Of a stretch of 64,000 nt of DNA, positions 19,407 to 27,848 are shown in pieces. Source of the stretch: an uncultured Aminicenantes bacterium (lineage in GTDB: Bacteria > Acidobacteriota > Aminicenantia > UBA2199); contig CBDAFS010000012.1 in assembly GCA_965195285.1 (NCBI GenBank), positions 70,421-134,420 on the forward strand, given 5' to 3'. The notes under the pieces are model-generated. The model had not been told where the DNA came from. It saw only the letters and a program-made list of their open reading frames with translations, and made no database searches. How positions within the stretch are numbered: the stretch's first letter is position 1; each line of letters starts with the position of its first letter. Both the position numbers and the translations under genes were made by a program.

Positions 19407-20195
19407 ATGAAATTGAAGAAACCAGGAATTTTACTGTTTTCGTTGATGGCTTGGTTTTTCCTCAATGCTTGCTCCCGGACCCAGCAGATCATGGTGAATC
19501 CTTTGGATTCCCCGGGGGACCTGAAAGCCGGAAAGATTCAGGACCAAGGACATTCAGATGAACCAATGGTCATTTACGAAGAAGTAGAAGAGGGAGGGAT
19601 TAAAAAATCAGTTGATTTCGGGCCTTTTCTGGAGGACCAGGAAGTCCAAACCGGGGTGGCTTCGTGGTACGGAGGCAAATTTCACGGCCGCCGTACCGCC
19701 AATGGCGAGATTTACAACAAGCACCGCCTGACCGCTGCCCACCGTACCCTGCCTTTCAATTCCATTGTGGAAGTGGTCAATCTGGATAACCGAAAAAAGA
19801 TCATTGTGCGTATCAATGACCGGGGACCCTTCATTAAAAATCGCATCATTGATCTTTCCTTGAAGGCAGCCAGAATGCTTGACATGACTGAAAGGGGCAC
19901 GGTACCGGTCCGCATCCGGGTGATTCAGGCCGCTTCTGTCTCCGGTTCTGCCATGTCTCCTGATCCCGGAAAGGGCTATTGTCTGCAGGCCGGGGCTTTT
20001 GCCAGCGAGGCCAATGCCCGGAGTTTGTTAAAACGATTAAATGCGGATCAGAATCAGCTCAAATTTAATATGGTTTTTCAAAACGATTTTTATAAAATTA
20101 TTTCCGAAATGATCTCCACCCGACAGTCAGCCGAGAAGTGGCTGCGCATTCTGGCCCGGAATGGGTTTGACGTATTTATAAAAGAGTATTATTAG
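19407..20195 (+). CDS. rlpA: septal ring lytic transglycosylase RlpA-family lipoprotein with C-terminal SPOR domain
   Basis: Lipobox LNAC, double-psi beta-barrel region (ASWYGGKFHGRRTANGEIY), C-terminal SPOR-like domain; 9 bp after activator stop. Confidence 0.8.
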   Translation: MKLKKPGILLFSLMAWFFLNACSRTQQIMVNPLDSPGDLKAGKIQDQGHSDEPMVIYEEVEEGGIKKSVDFGPFLEDQEVQTGVASWYGGKFHGRRTANGEIYNKHRLTAAHRTLPFNSIVEVVNLDNRKKIIVRINDRGPFIKNRIIDLSLKAARMLDMTERGTVPVRIRVIQAASVSGSAMSPDPGKGYCLQAGAFASEANARSLLKRLNADQNQLKFNMVFQNDFYKIISEMISTRQSAEKWLRILARNGFDVFIKEYY

Positions 20196-20223
20196 CAGTC
20201 AGGGAAAGGTCGTCCGATGGAGG

Positions 20224-21954
20224 TTACAGTAAAGACAACAAGGTCAGGAATATGAAAGTTCCCAGGATGGCCAGGACCAGGAATTGAATGGCCGGACGGT
20301 AGCGATCCGGTGTGTACGTTTTATCGACAGATTTTTCAACCAGGATATAGGGGTTTTTGCCGAAAGCCACCAGCTTATCCACCAGACCAAAGGCCTGTTT
20401 CTCCACCCAGTCAAAGATATTGGATATAGAATCAACAAACAGCTTGCGGGCCAGTTTGGACGGCCGCCGGTAGAACCAGTCGGTGTCCAGGGAGATGGTA
20501 GCATGGGGTTCCAGTTTTTTGCGCAGAATCCAGAAGCCAATAAAGGTGAAAATTAAAATCTGTATCGCTTCCACCAGATGGTGGCTGGTGAAAGGATTCC
20601 AGTTGTGAAGATGGTAGGTGGGCAGGTATTGATATAGAAGTGAAGGGGCAATTCCGTGCAAAATACAGAAAAAAGCCACGATAGCCATACCGATATGCAT
20701 ATTGGCTGGCGGCTTCTGGACCTTCACGTTTTTATCCTTTTTAGTGGAGAACCAGGTAAAATAGGGAAGCTTGATGCCTACGCTGAGAAAAGTTCCCACC
20801 GCAGCCAGGTTCAGGAACAAATAGGCCAGGCTGTAATGGGCTTCCAGTGCACCGGCCACCACCATGGACTTGCTGATGAATCCGTTAAACAATGGAAATC
20901 CGGAGATGGAAAAGGCAGCGATCATGTAAAGCCAGAAAGTCCTGGGCATGGCCCGGTACAATCCCCCCAATTCGGTCAGTTTGCTCTTGCCGGTGGTGTG
21001 CAAGACCATACCGGCCCCCATGAACAGCAGGGCCTTGTACAGGATATGGCTGAAAGCATGGGCAGCCGATCCATCCATGGACATGAAACTTCCGATGCCC
21101 ACTCCGGCGACCATATAGCCTACCTGGCTGATGATATGATAGGCCAGGATTCCCCGGATATCATTGGATAAAATAGCGAAAATAACCCCGTAAACCGTCA
21201 TGATGGTTCCGAAGATCAATAAGATTTCCCAGCCCGGGAATAAACGAAGCAGCACGTAAACGGCGGACTTGGTAGTGAAAGCACTCAGAAAGACAGCGCC
21301 GGTGACCGTGGCTTTGGGATAGGCATCCGAAAGCCAGGCATGGAGCGGAGGCACAGCAGCATTGATGACCACACCCAGCAGGATAAGCCAGGATGAAAAT
21401 GATCCCGGTGACAATTTTCCGGATATCAATATATTTCCAGGCAGGATTGAAATATGCATGATGATACCGGCGAACAGTAATCCGCCTCCCAGAACATGGT
21501 ATAGCAGGTAGCGCATGCCGGCTTTCCGGGATTCAGGGGTGCGCCTGGCCCATATCAGGTAGGTGGAGGCCACGGCCATGATTTCCCAGTACATGAAGAG
21601 GGTAAAGAAATCACCGGCAAAGGTCACCCCGATGGCACTCCCGGCATACAGGAGTGCGGCTACTTGCTGTCCGGTTTCCCTGATATGAAAGGAATAAATA
21701 CTCCCGGCAAAGGCAATGAAAGCAAAAATGATTCCGAATATCCGGCTCAAGGTATCAATTTTGAAGATGATGAGCGGGTAATTCATGATCTGAAGGGTAG
21801 TCTGGGATCCGTCCGGCAGGACCATTATCTGGGCCAGGGTGGCCAGGGTAAATACCAGCATGGCCACCGGACGGATTTTCCGGGTTAAAAAGGGAAGCAG
21901 GCAGGCGCCGGCAATCATGATAAAGGCAGGGGGAATTACCCATTCAGTCAGCAT
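20224..21954 (-). CDS. mrpA: Mrp antiporter MrpA/NuoL-like subunit (with C-terminal extension)
   Basis: NuoL/MrpA proton-pumping family TM pattern, 576 aa with ~120 aa C-terminal tail; last gene of Mrp cluster. Confidence 0.7.
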   Translation of the reverse strand: MLTEWVIPPAFIMIAGACLLPFLTRKIRPVAMLVFTLATLAQIMVLPDGSQTTLQIMNYPLIIFKIDTLSRIFGIIFAFIAFAGSIYSFHIRETGQQVAALLYAGSAIGVTFAGDFFTLFMYWEIMAVASTYLIWARRTPESRKAGMRYLLYHVLGGGLLFAGIIMHISILPGNILISGKLSPGSFSSWLILLGVVINAAVPPLHAWLSDAYPKATVTGAVFLSAFTTKSAVYVLLRLFPGWEILLIFGTIMTVYGVIFAILSNDIRGILAYHIISQVGYMVAGVGIGSFMSMDGSAAHAFSHILYKALLFMGAGMVLHTTGKSKLTELGGLYRAMPRTFWLYMIAAFSISGFPLFNGFISKSMVVAGALEAHYSLAYLFLNLAAVGTFLSVGIKLPYFTWFSTKKDKNVKVQKPPANMHIGMAIVAFFCILHGIAPSLLYQYLPTYHLHNWNPFTSHHLVEAIQILIFTFIGFWILRKKLEPHATISLDTDWFYRRPSKLARKLFVDSISNIFDWVEKQAFGLVDKLVAFGKNPYILVEKSVDKTYTPDRYRPAIQFLVLAILGTFIFLTLLSLL

Positions 21955-22165
21955 CGTAATAGTCCTCTTTTTGATTCAAAAATAACTTTCCCAGGGTTTT
22001 CGCCACCACAATCAGGGCCAGGCAGCCAGCAAATCCAAACAGAATCCAGAAAGCCGGAATTTGATTCCACCAGTGATGATGACCGGAATCATGATGTGTG
22101 CTGAATTCAACCACCAGGGAAGACAGGGTCAGCAACGACAGCCCGATCCAGTACCATTTTTTCAT
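21944..22165 (-). CDS. small His-rich membrane protein within Mrp cluster, hypothetical
   Basis: Two TM helices flanking HHDSGHHHWW; overlaps neighbours (ATGA and 11 bp). Confidence 0.35.
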   Translation of the reverse strand: MKKWYWIGLSLLTLSSLVVEFSTHHDSGHHHWWNQIPAFWILFGFAGCLALIVVAKTLGKLFLNQKEDYYDAD

Positions 22166-23664
22166 TATCCCACCACTCCTGTTATATTGGAGGCGATTTT
22201 TGTGGCCAGCTGATAGAAATGCAGCCAGAGATCCGGATAAAGGCCGAAAAGCAGTGAAAGGATTGCTGTAATCACCAGGGGGACCACCATGAAGGGACTG
22301 GCCTCTTTTTTGCCTTCCAGATTCCGGGGTTCTCTGAAAAAAGACCGGTAAATAATGGGAAAGAAATAGGCGGCATTCAGCAAACCGCTGATCACCAGGA
22401 TAAACAATGGGATCAGATTATCCGATTGAATGGAACCCAGTCCCAGATACCATTTACTGACGAATCCGTTAATGGGCGGTATTCCGGCCAGCCCGATGGC
22501 GCCCATGGTAAAAGCCCCCATGGTCCAGGGCATGATCTTACCGATACCATCCAGTTCACTGATATTCTCACGGTGCAGGTTCACATATATGGCCCCGGCG
22601 CAAAAGAAGAGAGTAATCTTCATGGTAGCATGAAAAGCGATATGCATCATGCCGCCGGTGAATCCGGCCGGGGATAATAGGGCAGCTCCCAGAACAATGT
22701 AGGACAGGTGGCCAATGGTGGAATAGGCCAGCAGTCGTTTCAGGTTATCCTGTTTGAGAGCGATTAAAGAAGCCAGAATAATGGTAATTCCGGCCAGAAC
22801 CAGGAGTATATGGTTTAGACCGAATTGGCGCATCAGGGACGGTCCGAACACAAAACCCACCAGACGAATAACCCCGAAAACACCGGATTTCACCACGGCG
22901 ACCGCATGCAGAAGGGCACTCACCGGGGTTGGGGCAGCCATGGCTGTGGGAAGCCAGCTGTGAATGGGCATGATCGCTGCCTTTACCCCCACTCCCCCCA
23001 GGAATAGCAGGAAGAGAATGGTGGCGATTGACGGTGACAGCAGGTCTTGGGGAAAAAGTCCGCCAGCCTTGAAATCCAGGGTACCGGCAATCTGATAAGT
23101 GATCAGGGTGGCGGCTATCAGTAACAATCCGGCAGAGAGTGTATATAGTAGATATTTGCGGCCGGCGCGGATGGCTACCGGTGTTTCCTTGTGAATAACA
23201 AGGGGATAGGTGGCGATGGTCAGGATTTCATAAAATATGATAAAGGTCAGCAGGTTGGCTGAGAAGGCAATACCGATGGTGGCGGACAGGCAGACCGCAA
23301 AAAAAGCAAAATACCGGGTTTGCTTGTGTTCGTTCAATCCCCTCATATAGCCAATGGAATAAAAAGAAGTGAAGATCCACAGCCCGGATGCGATCAGGGC
23401 AAAAAACACACCGAAGGGGTCGGCTTTCAGGGCCAGTTTGATTCCCGGGGCCAGTTCGAACAGGCTGATTTCCGCGGTCCGGTTGGCCACTGCTCCGGGC
23501 AGCAGGGTCAATACCAGGCCGAATTTTACCAGACTGGCTGAAATGGTCCAGAATTCACGCAGGTTTCGATTCCGGGTACTGAAGAGTATCAGGGGAACCG
23601 CCACCAGCGAAACCAGAACCGCCAGTATCGGGGTCAATGAGTGGTATATTTCTGCGCTGTTCAT
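22165..23664 (-). CDS. mrpD: Mrp antiporter MrpD/NuoN-like subunit
   Basis: NuoM/N-MrpD family 14-TM antiporter-like protein. Confidence 0.8.
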   Translation of the reverse strand: MNSAEIYHSLTPILAVLVSLVAVPLILFSTRNRNLREFWTISASLVKFGLVLTLLPGAVANRTAEISLFELAPGIKLALKADPFGVFFALIASGLWIFTSFYSIGYMRGLNEHKQTRYFAFFAVCLSATIGIAFSANLLTFIIFYEILTIATYPLVIHKETPVAIRAGRKYLLYTLSAGLLLIAATLITYQIAGTLDFKAGGLFPQDLLSPSIATILFLLFLGGVGVKAAIMPIHSWLPTAMAAPTPVSALLHAVAVVKSGVFGVIRLVGFVFGPSLMRQFGLNHILLVLAGITIILASLIALKQDNLKRLLAYSTIGHLSYIVLGAALLSPAGFTGGMMHIAFHATMKITLFFCAGAIYVNLHRENISELDGIGKIMPWTMGAFTMGAIGLAGIPPINGFVSKWYLGLGSIQSDNLIPLFILVISGLLNAAYFFPIIYRSFFREPRNLEGKKEASPFMVVPLVITAILSLLFGLYPDLWLHFYQLATKIASNITGVVG

Positions 23665-23670
23665 TGTTTT

Positions 23671-25164
23671 TTACCCCATTCCCCCCGGAATAATCTTTTG
23701 GATGATACCCTTTACGATAAAGGCATTGAGCAATCCGATAACCAGGATGGCGATGGCCAGAATGATTGTGGGGACCAGCATGCTTGGATAGGCCTCTGAT
23801 CTTTTTATTTTTTCGGTTTGGTTCTTTTCGGCATCAAGTGGCCTCAGGTAAATTTTTTCCAGGATTCGGAAGAAATAAACCGCATTCAACAAACTGCTGA
23901 TGAGAATAACGGTCAGAAATATCCAGTTCGAGTTTTTTATGGTGCCCAGGGCCAGGTACCATTTGCTGAAAAATCCCACAGTGGGAGGAAGGCCGACCAT
24001 GGAAAGTGCGGCTACGGTAAAGGCAGCGGTTGTCCAGGGCATCTGTTTCCGGATAGAATCAGTGAATCGATTGATGTTGGAGTGTCCCAGTTTGATCCTG
24101 AAATTTCCTGCCACCAGAAACAGGCAGGCCTTCATCAGCGCATGGTTCATGACATGAAGTACTGCCCCGATCAGACCCAGCGGGTTGGCCAAACCGATAC
24201 CCAGTCCGATATAGCCAACCTGAGCAATGCTGCTGTAGGCCAGCATGCGTTTCATTTCCTTCTGGGCAATGGCCATGATCGAACCGTAAATGATGCCGAT
24301 GGCAGACAACCAGCCGAGTACCTGGGTCAGAGGGAGCATTTTATTGACCAATGAAATCCCGAATATGAAAAACAATATCCGGATGATGACATAAGCGCCG
24401 ATTTTGGTACCGGTCGGAGCGACCAGTGCGGCTGTTGAAGAGGGGGCATAGGTGTAGGAATCCGGCAGCCAGCCATGAAGGGGAAACATGGCCATTTTAA
24501 TGGCCATTCCAATGACCATCAGAATAAGGCCCACGATTACCGTGTGTTCCTGGTAAATATGGGGCAAGATCATCTTGATGTCTGCCATATTCAGGGAACC
24601 GGTAGTCATAAACAGGAATCCGGTACCCAGTAAATAAAATGAGGCACCAATGGTGCCCATGATCAAGTATCTGAAGGCGGCGATCGGTGATTTTTTCTCA
24701 CCGATGGCGATCATACCGTACAGGGCCAGGGAGCTGATCTCCAGGAATACGTAAAGATTGAAAAAATCCCCGGTCAGTACAATGCCGTTGAATCCGCAGA
24801 GCATCAGCATTACCACGGCATAATAGGGTGTTCGCTTATTCGGGTGTTCATTTTCGACTACCCGTTTGCTGTGAATCAAAACCAGAAAAGCGATCGAGTT
24901 GATAACCAGGACAATAAATGCGGAAAGCGGATCCAGAACATATTCAATTCCTATGGGCGGTGCCCAGCCACCGAAAAAATAGCGGACAGATCCTTTTTGC
25001 AGGACCAGCAGTATATTGTAAACCGATATAAACACGGAAATCAGCGAGGCCAGCAGGCTGAACGGGAAGGCGATCCAGTTTTTTCTGGAGGCAATAATGG
25101 GGATCAGTGCACCCGTACCCAGAAATATCAGCGGTATCAAAGCGGGTGTGTTACTCAGTGTCAT
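23671..25164 (-). CDS. mrpD: Mrp antiporter MrpD/NuoM-like subunit (second copy)
   Basis: Paralogous MrpD-family protein; shares conserved blocks with 22165..23664 product. Confidence 0.8.
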   Translation of the reverse strand: MTLSNTPALIPLIFLGTGALIPIIASRKNWIAFPFSLLASLISVFISVYNILLVLQKGSVRYFFGGWAPPIGIEYVLDPLSAFIVLVINSIAFLVLIHSKRVVENEHPNKRTPYYAVVMLMLCGFNGIVLTGDFFNLYVFLEISSLALYGMIAIGEKKSPIAAFRYLIMGTIGASFYLLGTGFLFMTTGSLNMADIKMILPHIYQEHTVIVGLILMVIGMAIKMAMFPLHGWLPDSYTYAPSSTAALVAPTGTKIGAYVIIRILFFIFGISLVNKMLPLTQVLGWLSAIGIIYGSIMAIAQKEMKRMLAYSSIAQVGYIGLGIGLANPLGLIGAVLHVMNHALMKACLFLVAGNFRIKLGHSNINRFTDSIRKQMPWTTAAFTVAALSMVGLPPTVGFFSKWYLALGTIKNSNWIFLTVILISSLLNAVYFFRILEKIYLRPLDAEKNQTEKIKRSEAYPSMLVPTIILAIAILVIGLLNAFIVKGIIQKIIPGGMG

Positions 25165-25561
25165 CCTCCTTTTTCAGCTTTTTGGACAGTATGCTTTCAT
25201 CCAGGGTTTTGTAGCGTTTGTAGATACTGATGACCAGTGCAAAAGCCACGCCAATAGTGGCCACACCCACCACAATGGCGGTCAGCATGAGGGTATGGGG
25301 CAGGGGATTTATGTATTTCGACGTATCGGTGGCACCGATGGCCGGATCCAGAACCGGAACCGTGGCACCCCACTTTGAGGAGGTTGCAATGTAGAAGATA
25401 ATGATCGAAACCTGAAAGATGGTCATGCCGATGAGTTTTTTAACCAGATTTTTTTTAAAAATCATCCCCCAGAGTCCCAGGGTCATCAGGGCAAACATGA
25501 ACCAGTAGGCGTAATGCCCCAGAAAAAAATCAAGCATCGGGATCTCCTTCCAACAGGTCAT
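25151..25561 (-). CDS. mrpC: Mrp antiporter MrpC/NuoK-like subunit
   Basis: ~130 aa, 3 TM, NuoK-like. Confidence 0.7.
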   Translation of the reverse strand: MTCWKEIPMLDFFLGHYAYWFMFALMTLGLWGMIFKKNLVKKLIGMTIFQVSIIIFYIATSSKWGATVPVLDPAIGATDTSKYINPLPHTLMLTAIVVGVATIGVAFALVISIYKRYKTLDESILSKKLKKEDDTE

Positions 25562-25967
25562 CGTATATGGCGACCAGGATGCCCATCACCGCCAGTCCGA
25601 CACCAATCTCAACCAGCAACACCCCGATGAACCGGGTGTGAGAGGCAATTTCGGACAGGGATAAAAATTCATAATTGAGAAAGGTTCCGCCCATCAGCAT
25701 GGCAGTAAAACCTGTGGCAAAATAGATCAGCACTCCGATGGAGCCCAGAGGCGTTCCCCAGCTCCTCTTGAATTGAAGCTGGGCAATTTCGCTCCCCATT
25801 GCCAGCCGGATCAATAAAAGACTGGCAGCCAGCATGGTTCCGCCCTGAAAACCACCGCCCGGACTGTAATGTCCATGAAATATGATGTACAGGGCAAAGA
25901 GCATGATAAAGGGAGATACGATACGGCTTACCAGACCCACTATGGGATTGTCTTCATTTCTGATCAT
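25530..25967 (-). CDS. mrpB: Mrp antiporter MrpB-like subunit
   Basis: MnhB-like 4-TM protein (HGHYSPGGGFQGG motif). Confidence 0.65.
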   Translation of the reverse strand: MIRNEDNPIVGLVSRIVSPFIMLFALYIIFHGHYSPGGGFQGGTMLAASLLLIRLAMGSEIAQLQFKRSWGTPLGSIGVLIYFATGFTAMLMGGTFLNYEFLSLSEIASHTRFIGVLLVEIGVGLAVMGILVAIYDDLLEGDPDA

Positions 25968-26265
25968 TGGCAGTTCGCTTTTTCCTCAGAAGTAGAAAGC
26001 AGATTAAACCGGCGGTCAGAATGACCGTCTCTTCTCCCAGGGTATCATAACCCCGGTAATCGGCTAATATGACGGTTACCATGTTGTGGGTGTGATCATC
26101 CCGGTCGGCATAATGGATATAATAGGAAGGGGCATTTATTGATCCGGCAAGGCTTTTTTCCCGGTGCATCCGCGCATTGGCATCTCCCCGATTGGGGAAG
26201 CCCAGCGAGGCATAAATCATCAGGATAAAAAAGGTGATCAAAATAATGTAATTTCCAACCTTCAA
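25954..26265 (-). CDS. MnhB-related small subunit (MbhE-like)
   Basis: Two TM helices with central loop; position equivalent to Mbh D/E/F small subunits. Confidence 0.45.
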   Translation of the reverse strand: MKVGNYIILITFFILMIYASLGFPNRGDANARMHREKSLAGSINAPSYYIHYADRDDHTHNMVTVILADYRGYDTLGEETVILTAGLICFLLLRKKRTANDQK

Positions 26266-26507
26266 TCCGTACTCCTTCGACTGGTTTTAAATATCAAAAT
26301 GATAAACAATACACCGGTTATCCCGGCACCGATCACGGCTTCGGTAAAACCGACATCCACTGCTCCCATGGCAATATAGAGCAGGGCGGAAATGAAGCTG
26401 AAAACCGTTAAACTCACCACCGCGGTTAACAGGTTTTTGACTGTCAGGGCCACAACTGCCGTGATCAGCAGAAAAACAAACAGGGTGATTTCTATTTCCG
26501 GGTGCAT
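26262..26507 (-). CDS. DUF4040-like small subunit (MbhD-like) of Mrp/Mbh membrane module
   Basis: 81 aa, 3 TM, conserved position between mrpG and mrpB-like genes. Confidence 0.45.
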   Translation of the reverse strand: MHPEIEITLFVFLLITAVVALTVKNLLTAVVSLTVFSFISALLYIAMGAVDVGFTEAVIGAGITGVLFIILIFKTSRRSTD

Positions 26508-26843
26508 TTATTTTTTCCTTTCCCTGACATTTATTTTCTGGTCTTTTTTAAACCAGGGCCTTAATCGAAACCGGAAGGCAGCCCGGGTGAGTGCATTGGT
26601 GGCCGTGGGATTGGTCAGGGTCACAAAAATGATCATAATAACCAATTTGGCGCTGTTTATGGTAAATCCTTCATAAATAATCAAACCGGTGATCACCAGC
26701 ATGATTCCCAGGGTGTCACTTTTGCCGGTGGCATGGGCCCGGGAATAAAAATCAGGCAGCCGAATCAGCCCGATACTGCCGATGAGCAGAAAGAAAGCCC
26801 CGAAACTGATAATAATGACGGATAGTATTGTTTTCAATTCCAT
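26508..26843 (-). CDS. mrpG: Mrp antiporter MrpG subunit
   Basis: MnhG-like (IRLPDFYSRAHATGK motif). Confidence 0.75.
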   Translation of the reverse strand: MELKTILSVIIISFGAFFLLIGSIGLIRLPDFYSRAHATGKSDTLGIMLVITGLIIYEGFTINSAKLVIMIIFVTLTNPTATNALTRAAFRFRLRPWFKKDQKINVRERKK

Positions 26844-27115
26844 CAGTCCTTCCTCGGCAGTCGGGTACCCAGATACTTGGCAATGGCAATGGTTCCGATG
26901 AAATTCAGGGTGGTATAGGCCAGGGTAATATCGATGAACATGTCTATTCTTCCGAAAACAAAACCGATGATTAAAATCAAAACCATGGTTTTGGTGGCAA
27001 TGGTCCCGGCTCCCAGCATTCGGTCAAACAGGGTGGGGCCGGCGATTACTCGGTATAGCGGTATAAATATGATCACCGTTAGTATGACCGAGAGGTAAAC
27101 AAAGTATTGATGCAT
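26843..27115 (-). CDS. mrpF: Mrp antiporter MrpF subunit
   Basis: MnhF/PhaF-like 90 aa, 3 TM. Confidence 0.75.
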   Translation of the reverse strand: MHQYFVYLSVILTVIIFIPLYRVIAGPTLFDRMLGAGTIATKTMVLILIIGFVFGRIDMFIDITLAYTTLNFIGTIAIAKYLGTRLPRKD

Positions 27116-27687
27116 CAGATTTCCCTCGCTGATTTCATGATTTTGATTCCGGTAATCACTTCTCTGGGTTTGCTTCCGTACAGCTTGGCAACCTGTTCGG
27201 GCAGGGTGCCGTCGATAATCCCGGAGGATGACACATCCATCAGGGCATGCACCAGAAATTCATCACCGCTGATCCGGATGGTAATGGTTCCCGGGGTCAG
27301 GGTGATGGAGTTTCCCAGGATGACTTTTGATCCCATGGTGGGTAACTTGGTTCTGAAGGTCAACAAAGCCGGATCAATGGGCATCTTGGGGTGAAGCACC
27401 ACATAGGCAACCTGCAGGCTGGCCACAACGATCTGCCAGATCAACCAGGGAATATAGAGTATGACAAAACGAAAGTAGTTTAAGGGGGTGGTAATGGGTG
27501 AGGTCTTGAATACCTCATTGGTAAAGAAATAGTATTTTCTCAGACGCAGGTTGAGTATGATGATCACAATTGAAGAGACAACCCCCATGGAAATATGAAA
27601 CAAATCATAATGACCGCTCAGGAGCAGCCAGAATCCCATCAGTAAGAAAAATTGAACAACAGTTTTCAAAAAGAAAATTTGCTTCAA
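27115..27687 (-). CDS. mrpE: Mrp antiporter MrpE subunit
   Basis: MnhE-like; first gene of cluster, preceded by consensus sigma70 promoter. Confidence 0.75.
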   Translation of the reverse strand: MKQIFFLKTVVQFFLLMGFWLLLSGHYDLFHISMGVVSSIVIIILNLRLRKYYFFTNEVFKTSPITTPLNYFRFVILYIPWLIWQIVVASLQVAYVVLHPKMPIDPALLTFRTKLPTMGSKVILGNSITLTPGTITIRISGDEFLVHALMDVSSSGIIDGTLPEQVAKLYGSKPREVITGIKIMKSAREI

Positions 27688-27749
27688 TTAATTCCTCTAC
27701 TATGATGTTGTTGAACCAAAAATTGGCAGATATAAAAAAAATAGTTAAC

Positions 27750-27778
27750 ATTGTAATTAATTTTATTTTTAATGTCAA
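27750..27778 (-). promoter_or_regulatory. sigma70-type promoter of mrp operon (TTGACA-17-TACAAT on minus strand)
   Basis: Minus-strand reading cTTGACAttaaaaataaaattaatTACAATgtt; -35 at 27778..27773, -10 at 27755..27750. Confidence 0.55.
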
Positions 27779-27797
27779 GTCAGAAAAACCCTTCATG

Positions 27798-27826
27798 TTG
27801 ACTTTGGCTCAATGAATTGATACATT
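27798..27826 (+). promoter_or_regulatory. sigma70-type promoter of fhs (TTGACT-17-TACATT)
   Basis: ttgact(27798-27803)-17 nt-tacatt(27821-27826); excludes the ORF-track ATG at 27825 as start. Confidence 0.5.
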
Positions 27827-27848
27827 GGACGTATCTGAGGAGGATCCC

